This document shows positions 8,082 to 17,096 of a DNA stretch of 23,482 nucleotides, in pieces. Under the pieces are notes generated by a model that saw only the letters and a list, made by a program, of their open reading frames with translations, did not search any database and had not been told where the DNA came from. Position numbers and translations under genes: made by a program. How positions within the stretch are numbered: the stretch's first letter is position 1; each line of letters begins with the position of its first letter. Source of the stretch: Candidatus Fermentibacteraceae bacterium (lineage in GTDB: Bacteria > Fermentibacterota > Fermentibacteria > Fermentibacterales > JCC-6); the NCBI GenBank assembly GCA_041686025.1, contig JAWLEP010000015.1:38720-62201 (forward strand), written 5' to 3'.

Positions 8082-8486
8082 ATGGAAGAGTCCAGAAGGA
8101 AGATACTGGAGATGCTCTCGACGGGCAAGATCACGGTAGACGAGGCAACCGCCCTGCTGGAGCGGCTCGGCGAGGAGGGCGAGACCCCCGAGCCGGCCTC
8201 CGGCGGAGAGAAGAGAGAGGGCGGGATGCCCCGCTATCTCCGGGTGGTGGTGGACTCCAACGACGGCGACAAGGTCAACGTCCGGGTGCCCCTCAGCCTT
8301 ATCAGGACCGGGATCAAGCTCAAGGCCCTGATACCCCAGAACGCCGCCGACGCCATCAGCGAGAAGGGTTTCGACTTCTCCAACCTGTCCAAGCTTGATC
8401 TTGACGAGCTGGTGAACGCCCTGAAGGAGCTCAAGGTCGACGTGGACAGCGCCGACGGCGAGAAGGTGCGGGTGTTCACCGAGTAG
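8082..8486 (+). CDS. SHOCT-like domain protein (usual DUF2089 operon partner)
   Basis: EESRRKILEMLSTGKITVDEATALLERL (SHOCT-like/YvlB N-terminal) followed by YLRVVV..DGDKVNVRVPLSL..GEKVRVFTE; SD-like AAGGTAGGA. Confidence 0.82.
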   Translation: MEESRRKILEMLSTGKITVDEATALLERLGEEGETPEPASGGEKREGGMPRYLRVVVDSNDGDKVNVRVPLSLIRTGIKLKALIPQNAADAISEKGFDFSNLSKLDLDELVNALKELKVDVDSADGEKVRVFTE

Positions 8487-8579
8487 CGACGGCGGGCGGG
8501 GTTTGCGGTTCCCGCCGTGCAGGCTATGCTAGATTGCTCTGACCGCTGCCCCAAGAGACACCCCGGAGGTGACCCTACT

Positions 8580-9569
8580 GTGAAGCTGGCCATGCTGGGA
8601 CAGCCCGGCTGCGGCAGGACCACCCTGTTCAGGGCCCTGGCGGGAGACTCGGAGGCCGACCCGTCACGGCCGCTCACCGTCAAGGTTCCCGACCGGAGGC
8701 TGGAGTTCCTCGCCTCGGTGACCGACGCCCGAAAGACGGTCCACGCCACGGTGGTCTTCGTGGACGTGCAGTCCCCCGCCTTCTCCCCCCGCAACCTCTC
8801 GGCGGTGCAGGACGCCGCCGCATTTGTGGCGGTTGTGGACAACTTCGCCCTGGGCCATCCCGCCCGCGATCTGATGGAGGCGGAGGCTGAGCTCCTGTTG
8901 GCCGACCTGGCCCTGGTGGAGAAGAGGATGGAGAGGCTGCGCAAGGAGTCCCGCCGGGACAGCCCCGAGCATGCGGCCCTGGAGCGGGCCCGCGCCGCGC
9001 TGGAGGACGACCGCCCCCTTCGGACCGCGGAGGTCCCGGAATCGGACAGGCGGCTGCTCTGCGCCTACTCCCTGCATACCCTCAGGCCCCTCATGGTGGT
9101 CTCCAACCGTGGCGACGAGCCGGTCGCCGACGAGACGGAGCTCCGGGAGATGTGCGCGGACCGGGGCGCGGCCCTGCTGCCCATAGACGCCGCCTTCGAG
9201 CTGGAGCTCTCCTACCTCCCCGAGGAGGAGCACGGGGATTTCCTGGAGTCCATGGGCTACCGGGCCAGCGGCCTGGACAGGCTCATCTCCGCAGCCTACG
9301 GAACCCTGGACCTGGTGACCTTCTTTACAATTGGCGAGGACGAGGTAAGGGCCTGGCCCATCCGGCGGGGGAGCACCGCCCCCCAGGCCGCCGGCGCGGT
9401 GCACACCGACATGCAGAGGGGCTTCATCCGGGCGAAGGTCATACCGTTCGAGACCTACAGGGAGTGCCCCGACGAAGCGGAGCTGCGGAGCCGCGGAGAG
9501 GTCCGGCTGGAGGGCAAGGACTACGTGGTCCGGGAGGGCGATATCCTGGAGATACGCTTCAGTGTGTGA
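8580..9569 (+). CDS. YchF/OLA1-like protein with C-terminal TGS (DUF933) domain and degenerate G-domain (329 aa)
   Basis: GTG 8580 follows GGAGGT. VKVPDRRL, ELLLADLALVEKRMERL, LVTFFTIGEDEVRAW, AAGAVHTDMQRGFIRA and RLEGKDYVVREGDI are YchF signatures. The P-loop reads GQPGCGRT. Confidence 0.88.
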   Translation: MKLAMLGQPGCGRTTLFRALAGDSEADPSRPLTVKVPDRRLEFLASVTDARKTVHATVVFVDVQSPAFSPRNLSAVQDAAAFVAVVDNFALGHPARDLMEAEAELLLADLALVEKRMERLRKESRRDSPEHAALERARAALEDDRPLRTAEVPESDRRLLCAYSLHTLRPLMVVSNRGDEPVADETELREMCADRGAALLPIDAAFELELSYLPEEEHGDFLESMGYRASGLDRLISAAYGTLDLVTFFTIGEDEVRAWPIRRGSTAPQAAGAVHTDMQRGFIRAKVIPFETYRECPDEAELRSRGEVRLEGKDYVVREGDILEIRFSV

Positions 9570-9645
9570 CCAGGCCGCCATCGCAGTCCTGGCCATTTGC
9601 GCCTGCGGCTTGACCCCTGGGCAGTCCCCCGGATAGGGTCTGGGT

Positions 9646-12150
9646 ATGAGGCCGAACGGAGGAAGCCAGCAAACCCCCGAGCGAAAAGGTCCGCCCCCGG
9701 ACCGGGGCGACGGGCGCTCGCCGGACATACGCCGTGAGCTGGAGCGCCACATTCGCCTGGAGCGCACGGTAGCCGAGATCTCGGCCGGCTTCATCGGCCT
9801 GGACCCCGACGATGTGGACGGCGCCATAGACTCCGCCCTGGAGAGGATAGGCTCCTTCACCGGATCCGACAGAGCTTACGTCTTCCAGTTCGGCCCCGAC
9901 GGCCGCCATATGACCAACACCCACGAGTGGTGCGCCGAGGGCATCGAGCCCCAGATGGAGAACCTGCAGGGCGTACCGACAGAGGATATACCGTGGTGGA
10001 CGGGGGAGGTGCGGAAGCTCCACGAGATCGACATCCCAGACGTCTCCGATCTTCCGGAAGAGCGGGCGCGCCTCAGGGAGATCCTCCTGGCTTAGAAGAT
10101 TAGGTCTCTGCTGGTGTTCCCACTGGCCATCGGTGGGAAGGCAATAGGATTCCTGGGCTTCGACTCGGTCGGCTCCACCCGCACCTGGAGCGAGGACGCC
10201 AGGATGGTCCTCCGGCTGGTGGGGCAGACGATCTCAGCGGCCCTGGAGAACCGCCACATCCGAATGGAGCTGCGGAAGCAGCGGATCTTCCTGAAGAGCG
10301 TACTCGACGCCATTCAGGACGGCATCAGCGTCAGGGACACCGATTTTGTGGTGACCCACGTGAACGCCTGGATGGAGCGCAAGTACGCTGATCGGGGGCC
10401 TCTGACAGGCAGGAAATGCTACCGGGTCTTCCAGCAGCGGGACTCGGTATGCCCCTGGTGCCCGGCCGTGAAGGTCCTGGAGACCGGCCGGCCACAGAGG
10501 GGGGTCGAGGTCCCCTATCCCAGCGCGGACTCACCGCAGGGATGTCTGGAGCTGTCGGCCTTCCCCATGCGCGACTCCCGGGGCGATGTGATCGGCATCA
10601 TAGAGCACGTGAAGGAGATATCCGCCCGCAGGAAGGCGCAGCGGGAGCTGGAGCGCAGGCGCAAGTTCCTGGAAGGGGTGCTGGAGTCTGCCCCGGACGC
10701 CATCGTCACCCTGGACGACAAGCACCGGATCATCAACTGGAACCGTGGGGCCGAGGAGCTCTTCGGCTACACGGCATCAGAGGTCAGGGGCCGAAACATC
10801 GACGACATCATCACCTCCCCCGAGGTGGTGGAAGAGGCCAGGGAGATTACGGGCCGGGTTCTTTCGGGGGACAGGATCGGACCTCTGGAGACCGTCCGCT
10901 ACCGCAGGGACGGACAGCCGGTTCCGGTGCTTCTGGCGGGGTCTTCCATAACCGTAGACGACGAGGTGATCGGCGTGGTGGGCGTCTACACCGACCTCAC
11001 CGAGCGCAAGAGGATAGAGGCCAGGCTGGCCCGGCAGAGAAGGCTGGAGTCGCTGGGGACCCTGGCGGGTGGTATCGCCCACGACTTCAACAACCTGCTG
11101 AGCGGCATCTTCGGCAACATCTCCCTGGCGCGGTCGAAGCTGCCCGAAGACAGCCCGGCGGGCGATTACCTGGAGTCGGTGGAGAGGTCGATGGGCAGGG
11201 CGATCGGCCTTACGCACCAGCTGCTGACCTTTGCCAAGGGCAGCGACCCGGTGGTCGAACCCCTGGACACGGCCTCCGTGATCCGGGAATCCGTCGAGTT
11301 CCATCTGGCCGGAAGCTCGGTGAAGGCCGAGTACGACATCCCCGGCGACCTGCCACAGGTTATGGCCGATGGTCGGCAGATCGGAGAGGTGATATCCAAC
11401 CTGGTGATCAACGCGAAGCACGCCATGCCCGAAGGCGGAAGGCTGCTGGTCACCGCCAGGTGGCGGGAGGATTCGAATAGGGCCGAAGACCGGGGCTCCG
11501 GCTTGGTGGAGCTTTCGTTCAAAGACGATGGAGTCGGCATCCCGGAGCGGCTGCTCAACAGGGTGTTCGAGCCCTACTTCAGCACCAAGCAGGACGGCAG
11601 CGGACTGGGCCTGGCAGTAGTCTACTCCATCGTCTCCAAGCATGGGGGGTCTGTGGACATCGACTCCTCCCACGGCTCGGGAACGACGGTCACCATTCGG
11701 CTGCCGGCCGATGAAGGTGCGGCCATGCCGGGCAGGGCGAAGGATGGCGCAGACCGGGAGGAATCAGCGGCGAAGAGCGCCACGATACTGGTCATGGACG
11801 ACGATGAGGACGTACGGGACGTGGCCGAGGGGATGCTGAAAGCGATGGGGCACTCCGTAGACCTGGCGAAGAACGGCAGCGAGGCGGTAGAGATGTACGG
11901 CCGCAGGCTGGATGAGGCAAGACCCTACGACCTGGTGATACTCGACCTGACCGTCCCCGGCGGGATGGGCGGCAGGGAGGCCGCCTCCAGCATTCTCGAG
12001 ATGGACCCGAACGCGCTTCTTATAGTCTCCAGCGGCTACTCCGCAGACCCCGTATTGGCTCAATACCGGGACTACGGCTTCAGCGGCGTTCTCTCCAAGC
12101 CCTATGCCCTGGCGAACATGAGGAAGTCGGTGGCAGAGCTTCTGGGCTGA
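9646..12150 (+). pseudogene. Hybrid sensor histidine kinase (GAF-PAS-PAS-HisKA-HATPase-REC) interrupted by one in-frame TAG at 10093-10095
   Basis: ORFs 9646-10095 and 10114-12150 share a frame: ...REILLA*KIRSLLVFPL...GFLGFD is a continuous GAF domain. H-box AGGIAHDFNN, NLVINA, FEPYFSTK, GSGLGL, and receiver LVMDDD..VILDLT..KPY. It could also be a split gene, a readthrough gene or a sequence error. Confidence 0.8.
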
Positions 12151-12181
12151 GGGGGGACGTGACGGCGAGAGCGTGACAGAT

Positions 12182-13108
12182 CTACTCCCCGGACACCTCA
12201 ACACTCTGCAGGCTGCGGCGGTAGCGGCGCCACTCGTGGGTGATCTGGCTCACCTCGGCGGCCCCCAGGAAGATCACGCACAGCCAGTACAGCCAGAACA
12301 GGGTGGCCATGATGGCGGCCAGGGAGCCGTAGACCACGCCCCAGTCCGGCCTGGATATCGTCCAGGCGTAGAGCTCGGTGCCCAGCCATATGAAGGCCAT
12401 GGAGAGAACCGAGGCCATCAGGGCCTGCCCCCGGGATATCTTCCGGTTGGGGGCGGCCCAGTACAGGACCATGAGCAGCAGCAGGGAGAACGACGGGCCC
12501 AGCAGCCTGGCGGTTAGCCCGGTCATCAGCGGCCCGATCAGGGGCCACTGGGCCACGAACCTCCCCACCGGGGAATCCACAACGAACTGTGCCGCGGTGG
12601 TGAAAACGAAGGCGGCCACGAAGCAGAGGGCTATCAGTATGGCCAGAAGGAAGTCGTAGAGCTTGCCGAACACCACGTGCCTGCCCTCCGGTACGTCGAA
12701 TATGGTGTCCAGCGCCGTCCGTATGGTGCCGAACAGCCGGCTCACCAGCCACAGCAGGAACACCAGGCCCACGATTCCCGTGATCCCCGATATGCCGGAC
12801 TGATGCAGGAAGACCCGCTCCAGGTCCGTACCCACCCCCTCGGGCAGGAAGGGATTGGCATCGTCTATCCACTCCTGCAGCCCCTGCTGCAGCTCGGTGT
12901 TCTGCTGCAGAGCGATCCCGGACAGGGATATTATCAGAAGGCCGAGCGGCAGGACCGTCACCAGGATGTTGTAGGCTATGGCGGCGGCGGAGAAGAAGAC
13001 GTGATCGTTGTTCCAGCGGTTGTACAGGCGCTTCCACAGGTAGGCTGTGAATACCCGGAAGCCGCGGGGGAAGAGCCGGGAGAATGCCTCCAGGATTCTG
13101 CCCGGCAG
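12182..13108 (-). CDS. YihY/virulence factor BrkB family inner-membrane protein; start uncertain (probably CTG 13108)
   Basis: The frame continues upstream of GTG 12961 with RWNNDHVFFSAAAIAYNIL, the conserved YihY N-terminus. Also LYWAAPN and VYGSLAAIMATLFWLYWLCVIFLGAAE. No in-frame ATG/GTG/TTG exists upstream; GGAGG lies 10 nt before CTG 13108. Confidence 0.85.
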   Translation of the reverse strand: MPGRILEAFSRLFPRGFRVFTAYLWKRLYNRWNNDHVFFSAAAIAYNILVTVLPLGLLIISLSGIALQQNTELQQGLQEWIDDANPFLPEGVGTDLERVFLHQSGISGITGIVGLVFLLWLVSRLFGTIRTALDTIFDVPEGRHVVFGKLYDFLLAILIALCFVAAFVFTTAAQFVVDSPVGRFVAQWPLIGPLMTGLTARLLGPSFSLLLLMVLYWAAPNRKISRGQALMASVLSMAFIWLGTELYAWTISRPDWGVVYGSLAAIMATLFWLYWLCVIFLGAAEVSQITHEWRRYRRSLQSVEVSGE

Positions 13109-13133
13109 CGTACGGCGGCCTCCGGCAGCCAGC

Positions 13134-14969
13134 CTACTCCACCGTAACGCTCTTGGCCAGGTTCCTGGGCTTGTCCACGTCGCATCCCCGGGAAACGGCC
13201 ACGTAGTAGCTCAGAAGCTGCAGCGGGACCACCGAGAGCAGCGGCACCAGCGCGTCGGGCGCCTCGGGGATGTGGATGACCCAGTCGGAGACGCTGGCGA
13301 TCTCGGTGTCGCCCTCGGTGGCTATGGAGAGCACCCTTCCCTGCCTGGCCCTCACCTCGGCTATGTTGGAGAGGATCTTCTCGTAGGCGGCGTCGCGGAC
13401 GGCGATGGCGCAGACGGGCATCATCTCGTCGATCAGGGCGATGGGGCCGTGCTTCATCTCCGCCGCCGGGTAGCCCTCGGCATGGATGTAGGATATCTCC
13501 TTGAGCTTCAGCGCCCCCTCCAGGGCCACCGGGTAGTTGTAGCCGCGGCCCAGGTAGAGGAAGTTTCTGGCGTATGTGAACTCCCTGGCGATCTCTTCGA
13601 TCTTGGGGGAGTCCCCGAGTATCTGCTCCACCTTCTCCGGAATGGACATGAGCTCGCGGGTGAGCTCCAGGCCGCTGGCCCTGTCCAGCTCGCCCCTGGC
13701 CCTTCCGAAGGCCAGGGCTATCAGGGCCTGCACCATTACCTGGGAGGTGAAGGCCTTCGTCGACGCCACCCCTATCTCCGGCCCGGCGTGTATGTAGACT
13801 CCCGCGTCGGTCTCGCGGGCGATGGTGGAGCCCACCACGTTCACAACGCCGTATGCCCTGCATCCCTTGGACTTGGCAAGACGAAGGGCGGCCAGCGTAT
13901 CGGCGGTCTCCCCGCTCTGGCTGATCACGAAGACCAGTGTGCCGGGGTCCATCACCGGGTCCCGGTAGCGGAACTCGGACGCGTACTCCACCGAGACCGG
14001 TATCCGGGCCAGGCCCTCCATGAGGTACTTGCCTATCAGGGCCGCGTGCCAGGAGGTCCCGCAGGCGGTGATGATGATCCTGCTGACGGCGCGCATGTCG
14101 CTGTCGGTCATGTTCAACCCGCCCAGGTGGGCGGTGCCGCCGTCCAGGTCCAGCCTGCCCCGGAAGGCGTTCCGGAGCGACTCGGGCTGGCTGTTGATCT
14201 CCTTGAGCATGAAGTGGGTGTAGCCGTCCTTCTCGATGGTGGAGAGGTCCCAGTCCACGGTCTCGATGCGCTCCCGGAGCACGCCGGTGCGGCCGTTGTT
14301 GCTGGAGATCCCCCTGAGGCTCACCTCCAGCACCTCGCCCTCGTCCATGTAGATCACGTCCCGGGTGTGCGATACTATGGCGGCCACGTCGCTGGCCACG
14401 AGGTACTCCTTCTCCCCCACCCCCACCACCAGGGGGCTTCCGTAGCGGGCGGCCACCAGGGTGTCGGGCTCGTCGGCGGAGACCACGGCTATGCCGTAGG
14501 CCCCCCGGACCCTCCCCAGGGCGTCGCGTACCGCGGCGAACAGCTTCTTGCCCTTCGCCGCCTCCGAGCCCACCAGCTTGGCGATCACCTCGGAGTCCGT
14601 TTCGGAGTAGAACTCTATCCCCCCGGACTCCAGCTCCCTCCGGAGCTGGGTGTAGTTCTCGATTATCCCGTTGTGGACCAGGGCGATCCTGCCGCTGGCG
14701 TCCGTATGGGGATGGGCGTTCCTCTGGGAGGGCTCGCCGTGGGTGGCCCAGCGGGTGTGGGCGATGCCGCAGGTGGCGGCGTCCACCCCCTCGGGCCGCT
14801 GGCTGTCCAGCTCGTCCACCCGGCCCTTCTGCCGGCGCAGTATGAGGCCGCCGGTGCCCTGGAGGGCGTATCCCGCGGAGTCGTATCCCCTGTACTCAAG
14901 CCTCTTCAGGCCCGATATGAGCACGTCGAGCACGGGCCTCTCGCCTACGTAGCCAACAATTCCACACAT
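13134..14969 (-). CDS. glmS: Glutamine--fructose-6-phosphate aminotransferase (isomerizing)
   Basis: MCGIVG, LEYRGYDSAG, HTRWATHG, HNGIIEN, SQSGETADT, EIGVASTKAFT, ALKLKEISYIHAEG and DKPRNLAKSVTVE. Confidence 0.99.
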   Translation of the reverse strand: MCGIVGYVGERPVLDVLISGLKRLEYRGYDSAGYALQGTGGLILRRQKGRVDELDSQRPEGVDAATCGIAHTRWATHGEPSQRNAHPHTDASGRIALVHNGIIENYTQLRRELESGGIEFYSETDSEVIAKLVGSEAAKGKKLFAAVRDALGRVRGAYGIAVVSADEPDTLVAARYGSPLVVGVGEKEYLVASDVAAIVSHTRDVIYMDEGEVLEVSLRGISSNNGRTGVLRERIETVDWDLSTIEKDGYTHFMLKEINSQPESLRNAFRGRLDLDGGTAHLGGLNMTDSDMRAVSRIIITACGTSWHAALIGKYLMEGLARIPVSVEYASEFRYRDPVMDPGTLVFVISQSGETADTLAALRLAKSKGCRAYGVVNVVGSTIARETDAGVYIHAGPEIGVASTKAFTSQVMVQALIALAFGRARGELDRASGLELTRELMSIPEKVEQILGDSPKIEEIAREFTYARNFLYLGRGYNYPVALEGALKLKEISYIHAEGYPAAEMKHGPIALIDEMMPVCAIAVRDAAYEKILSNIAEVRARQGRVLSIATEGDTEIASVSDWVIHIPEAPDALVPLLSVVPLQLLSYYVAVSRGCDVDKPRNLAKSVTVE

Positions 14970-16315
14970 CAGCCGCTCACTACCTTTCGGAACCTCTGAA
15001 GCTCGGCGCGGACCGCGTCCGCGCTCGCATCCTCGCAGATCACCCTGATGACGGGCTCCGTCCCGGAGGGCCTCACGTGGGTCCAGCCGCTTTCGCGGCG
15101 GTACCAGAGGCCGTCCCTCGCGTCGTCCGGTTCTCCCAGAGCCTCTATCAGGTCAGGTCGAATATCCGAAAAATCCCCGTCGAAGGGTACCTTGTCCTTT
15201 ACCATGCTGTACCCGGGGAAGGACCCCGCCCAATCCGAGAGGGAGGTCCCGCGGGCATCCATCAGTGACAGCGTGTAGGCCATGGCCACTCCGCTGTCGC
15301 GCCCCAGGTGGAAGGAGGGGTCTATCACGCCGCCGTTGCCCTCGCCGCCGATGACGGCGCCGCGGCGCTCCATCTCCTCCACCACGTTGACCTCGCCCAC
15401 CGGGCTTCGAAAGACCTCCGCCCCGTGCCTGGCCGCGGCGTCTTCGGCCAGCCGCGACGTGGAGAGGTTCACGACAGCGCATCCGGGCCTCTCGCCCAGC
15501 ACGTAGTCGATGGCCAGGGCCACCGTGAGATCCTCGCCCATGACCCGGCCTTCGCCGTCCACCAGGGCCAGCCTGTCGCCGTCGGGGTCGAAGCCGAATC
15601 CCACGTCGGCGCCGGTCCGGCCCACCTCGGCCGCCAGCTCGTCCAGGCTTTCGGCGGTGGGCTCGGCGACCCTGGGAAAGCTGCCGTCCTCGCCGATGCG
15701 GGGGTTGATCACCCTGTGCTCCACCCCCAGCGCGTCCATCAGGGCCGGGGCGAACTCCGCCGCCGCTCCGCCGGTGACGTCCAGCACGGCCTTCAGCCGC
15801 CTCTCCGGCCTGCGCACCAGGGGCAGGTCCAGCACCCTGCGCACATGTCGCCCCACCGCTCCCGGAAGACCCTCGGGGGAGCAGGCCTCCGCGGCGCCCA
15901 GCCAGGACGGCCCGGCCTTCAGCAGCTCCATCAGCCTACTCCGGAGGTCGGCCCGGAGGAAAACCCCGTCGGGCCCCACCAGCTTCAGAGCGTTCCACTC
16001 CCCGGGATTGTGGCTGGAGGTTACTGCCACCCCTCCGGCAACGCCCTCCGCCATGGCCTCCAGCTGCACGGTGGGCGTGGGGACCACCCCCAGCATCACC
16101 GGCGTGCAGCCCACCGACATCAGCCCTGCGGCCACCGCGGACTCCATGGCCGGCCCGCTCTTGCGGGTGTCCCTACCCAGGACGATCCTGCCCGGGCCCA
16201 TCAGCCGGCCGAAGGCCGCCGCGTACTCCACTGCGTCGGTGACGGTGAGGGATCGGCCGAAGATGCCCCTGATTCCGGAGCCGCTTACTATCGGGCCGTG
16301 CATCGGATGCTCCAT
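14969..16315 (-). CDS. glmM: Phosphoglucosamine mutase / phosphohexomutase
   Basis: SGIRG, GRDTRKSG, phospho-Ser TSSHNP, metal loop DPDGDR, GGEGNGG and RPSGTEP. It is coupled to glmS by a TGATG overlap. Start is at 16315 or 16303. Confidence 0.85.
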   Translation of the reverse strand: MEHPMHGPIVSGSGIRGIFGRSLTVTDAVEYAAAFGRLMGPGRIVLGRDTRKSGPAMESAVAAGLMSVGCTPVMLGVVPTPTVQLEAMAEGVAGGVAVTSSHNPGEWNALKLVGPDGVFLRADLRSRLMELLKAGPSWLGAAEACSPEGLPGAVGRHVRRVLDLPLVRRPERRLKAVLDVTGGAAAEFAPALMDALGVEHRVINPRIGEDGSFPRVAEPTAESLDELAAEVGRTGADVGFGFDPDGDRLALVDGEGRVMGEDLTVALAIDYVLGERPGCAVVNLSTSRLAEDAAARHGAEVFRSPVGEVNVVEEMERRGAVIGGEGNGGVIDPSFHLGRDSGVAMAYTLSLMDARGTSLSDWAGSFPGYSMVKDKVPFDGDFSDIRPDLIEALGEPDDARDGLWYRRESGWTHVRPSGTEPVIRVICEDASADAVRAELQRFRKVVSG

Positions 16316-16325
16316 GTCGGGTAAG

Positions 16326-16401
16326 TGGAGCCGGCGATCGGACTCGAACCGATGACCTGCGCATTACGAATGCGCTGCTCTGCCAGCTGAGCTACGCCGG
16401 C
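16326..16401 (-). tRNA. tRNA-Thr (anticodon CGT), CCA encoded
   Basis: Reverse complement GCCGGCGTAGCTCAGCTGGCAGAGCAGCGCATTCGTAATGCGCAGGTCATCGGTTCGAGTCCGATCGCCGGCTCCA is a 76-nt cloverleaf. Confidence 0.98.
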
Positions 16402-16417
16402 TCCGGATTGACGTGCA

Positions 16418-16446
16418 ATTCTATGCCCCGCCGCCGGGCAAGTCAA
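16418..16446 (-). promoter_or_regulatory. Sigma70 promoter for tRNA-Thr(-glmM-glmS-yihY)
   Basis: Minus strand TTGACT (16446-16441), 17-nt spacer, TAGAAT (16423-16418). Confidence 0.75.
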
Positions 16447-16469
16447 CTTTTCGGGGAGTCGGCGCCGGG

Positions 16470-17096
16470 TCAGTTCAGAAGCGATCTCTCGGCCCCGTGA
16501 ATCGAGACGGAGAACCCCATGCTCAACGAGTAGTAGCTCAGGTCGAACTCCTCGGGAGGGTAGATTATCGTATCCGATCCGTCGTAGGTTGCCTCGTCGG
16601 TCTTCATGTCCATGAAGGACCTGGTGAAGCCCAGGGTTCCGGAGACCGGCCCCCAGAGGTCCACGGAAGCGCCGGCGGTGAGACCTATGCCCACGCTTCC
16701 CCCGTCCCCCTCCACAAAGCGTCCGAAGTCGTCGGTGCCCTGGTACTCTCCGCTGGCGTAGATGGCGCCGGGGCCGCCGTGGACCGACAGACCCGGCCGG
16801 GCCTCCCAGGAGACCACGGGCCATACCGAGAGGGCCCAGGCGCTGATCCTGCCGTCCCAGTCCTCCGGGCTGTCCTTTGCGAACCTCTCCGCCCGCAGGC
16901 GGAAGCCCAGAAGGCCGGGGGAGTCCAGGGCCAGCTCCCCTCCCCACGCGATGCCGGGGGTGAGGAAGCGGCTCTCGTACTGCTCCTCGTAGGGCGAGAG
17001 ACTGGCCGCGGTGGGACCCGCCGAGACCTCCAGGCCGGCAATGGCCAGGGCGGCGGCCGGGACCAGCGGCACCAGAGCAAAGGCCGCCAGCCGCAC
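16470..17096 (-). CDS. Putative outer-membrane beta-barrel protein (small 8-strand type)
   Basis: Signal peptide MRLAAFALVPLVPAAALA and amphipathic strands (GLEVSAG, WGGELAL, LSVHGGPGAIY, IGLTAGASV, YSLSMGFSVSI). The GTG start overlaps the upstream TAG. Confidence 0.6.
   Translation of the reverse strand: MRLAAFALVPLVPAAALAIAGLEVSAGPTAASLSPYEEQYESRFLTPGIAWGGELALDSPGLLGFRLRAERFAKDSPEDWDGRISAWALSVWPVVSWEARPGLSVHGGPGAIYASGEYQGTDDFGRFVEGDGGSVGIGLTAGASVDLWGPVSGTLGFTRSFMDMKTDEATYDGSDTIIYPPEEFDLSYYSLSMGFSVSIHGAERSLLN

Noticed and set aside
10093..10095. Genome-wide TAG reassignment (alternative genetic code)
   Set aside because: Thirteen genes in the window, including glmS, glgC and the hydro-lyase subunits, end in TAG, the conserved ones at their expected C-termini.
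9646..12150. Kinase as a horizontally acquired island
   Set aside because: Codon usage looks slightly less GC3-biased by eye, but there are no flanking repeats or mobility genes and I cannot quantify it.
13047..14999. Long antisense ORFs (e.g. 13047..14999 +, 4673..5941 -, 8664..9860 -, 19263..20474 -)
   Set aside because: These are shadow ORFs opposite well-supported genes, expected from GC3-biased codon usage, with no recognisable motifs.
14960..15010. glmS ribozyme
   Set aside because: The glmS start overlaps the glmM stop, so there is no leader to hold it.
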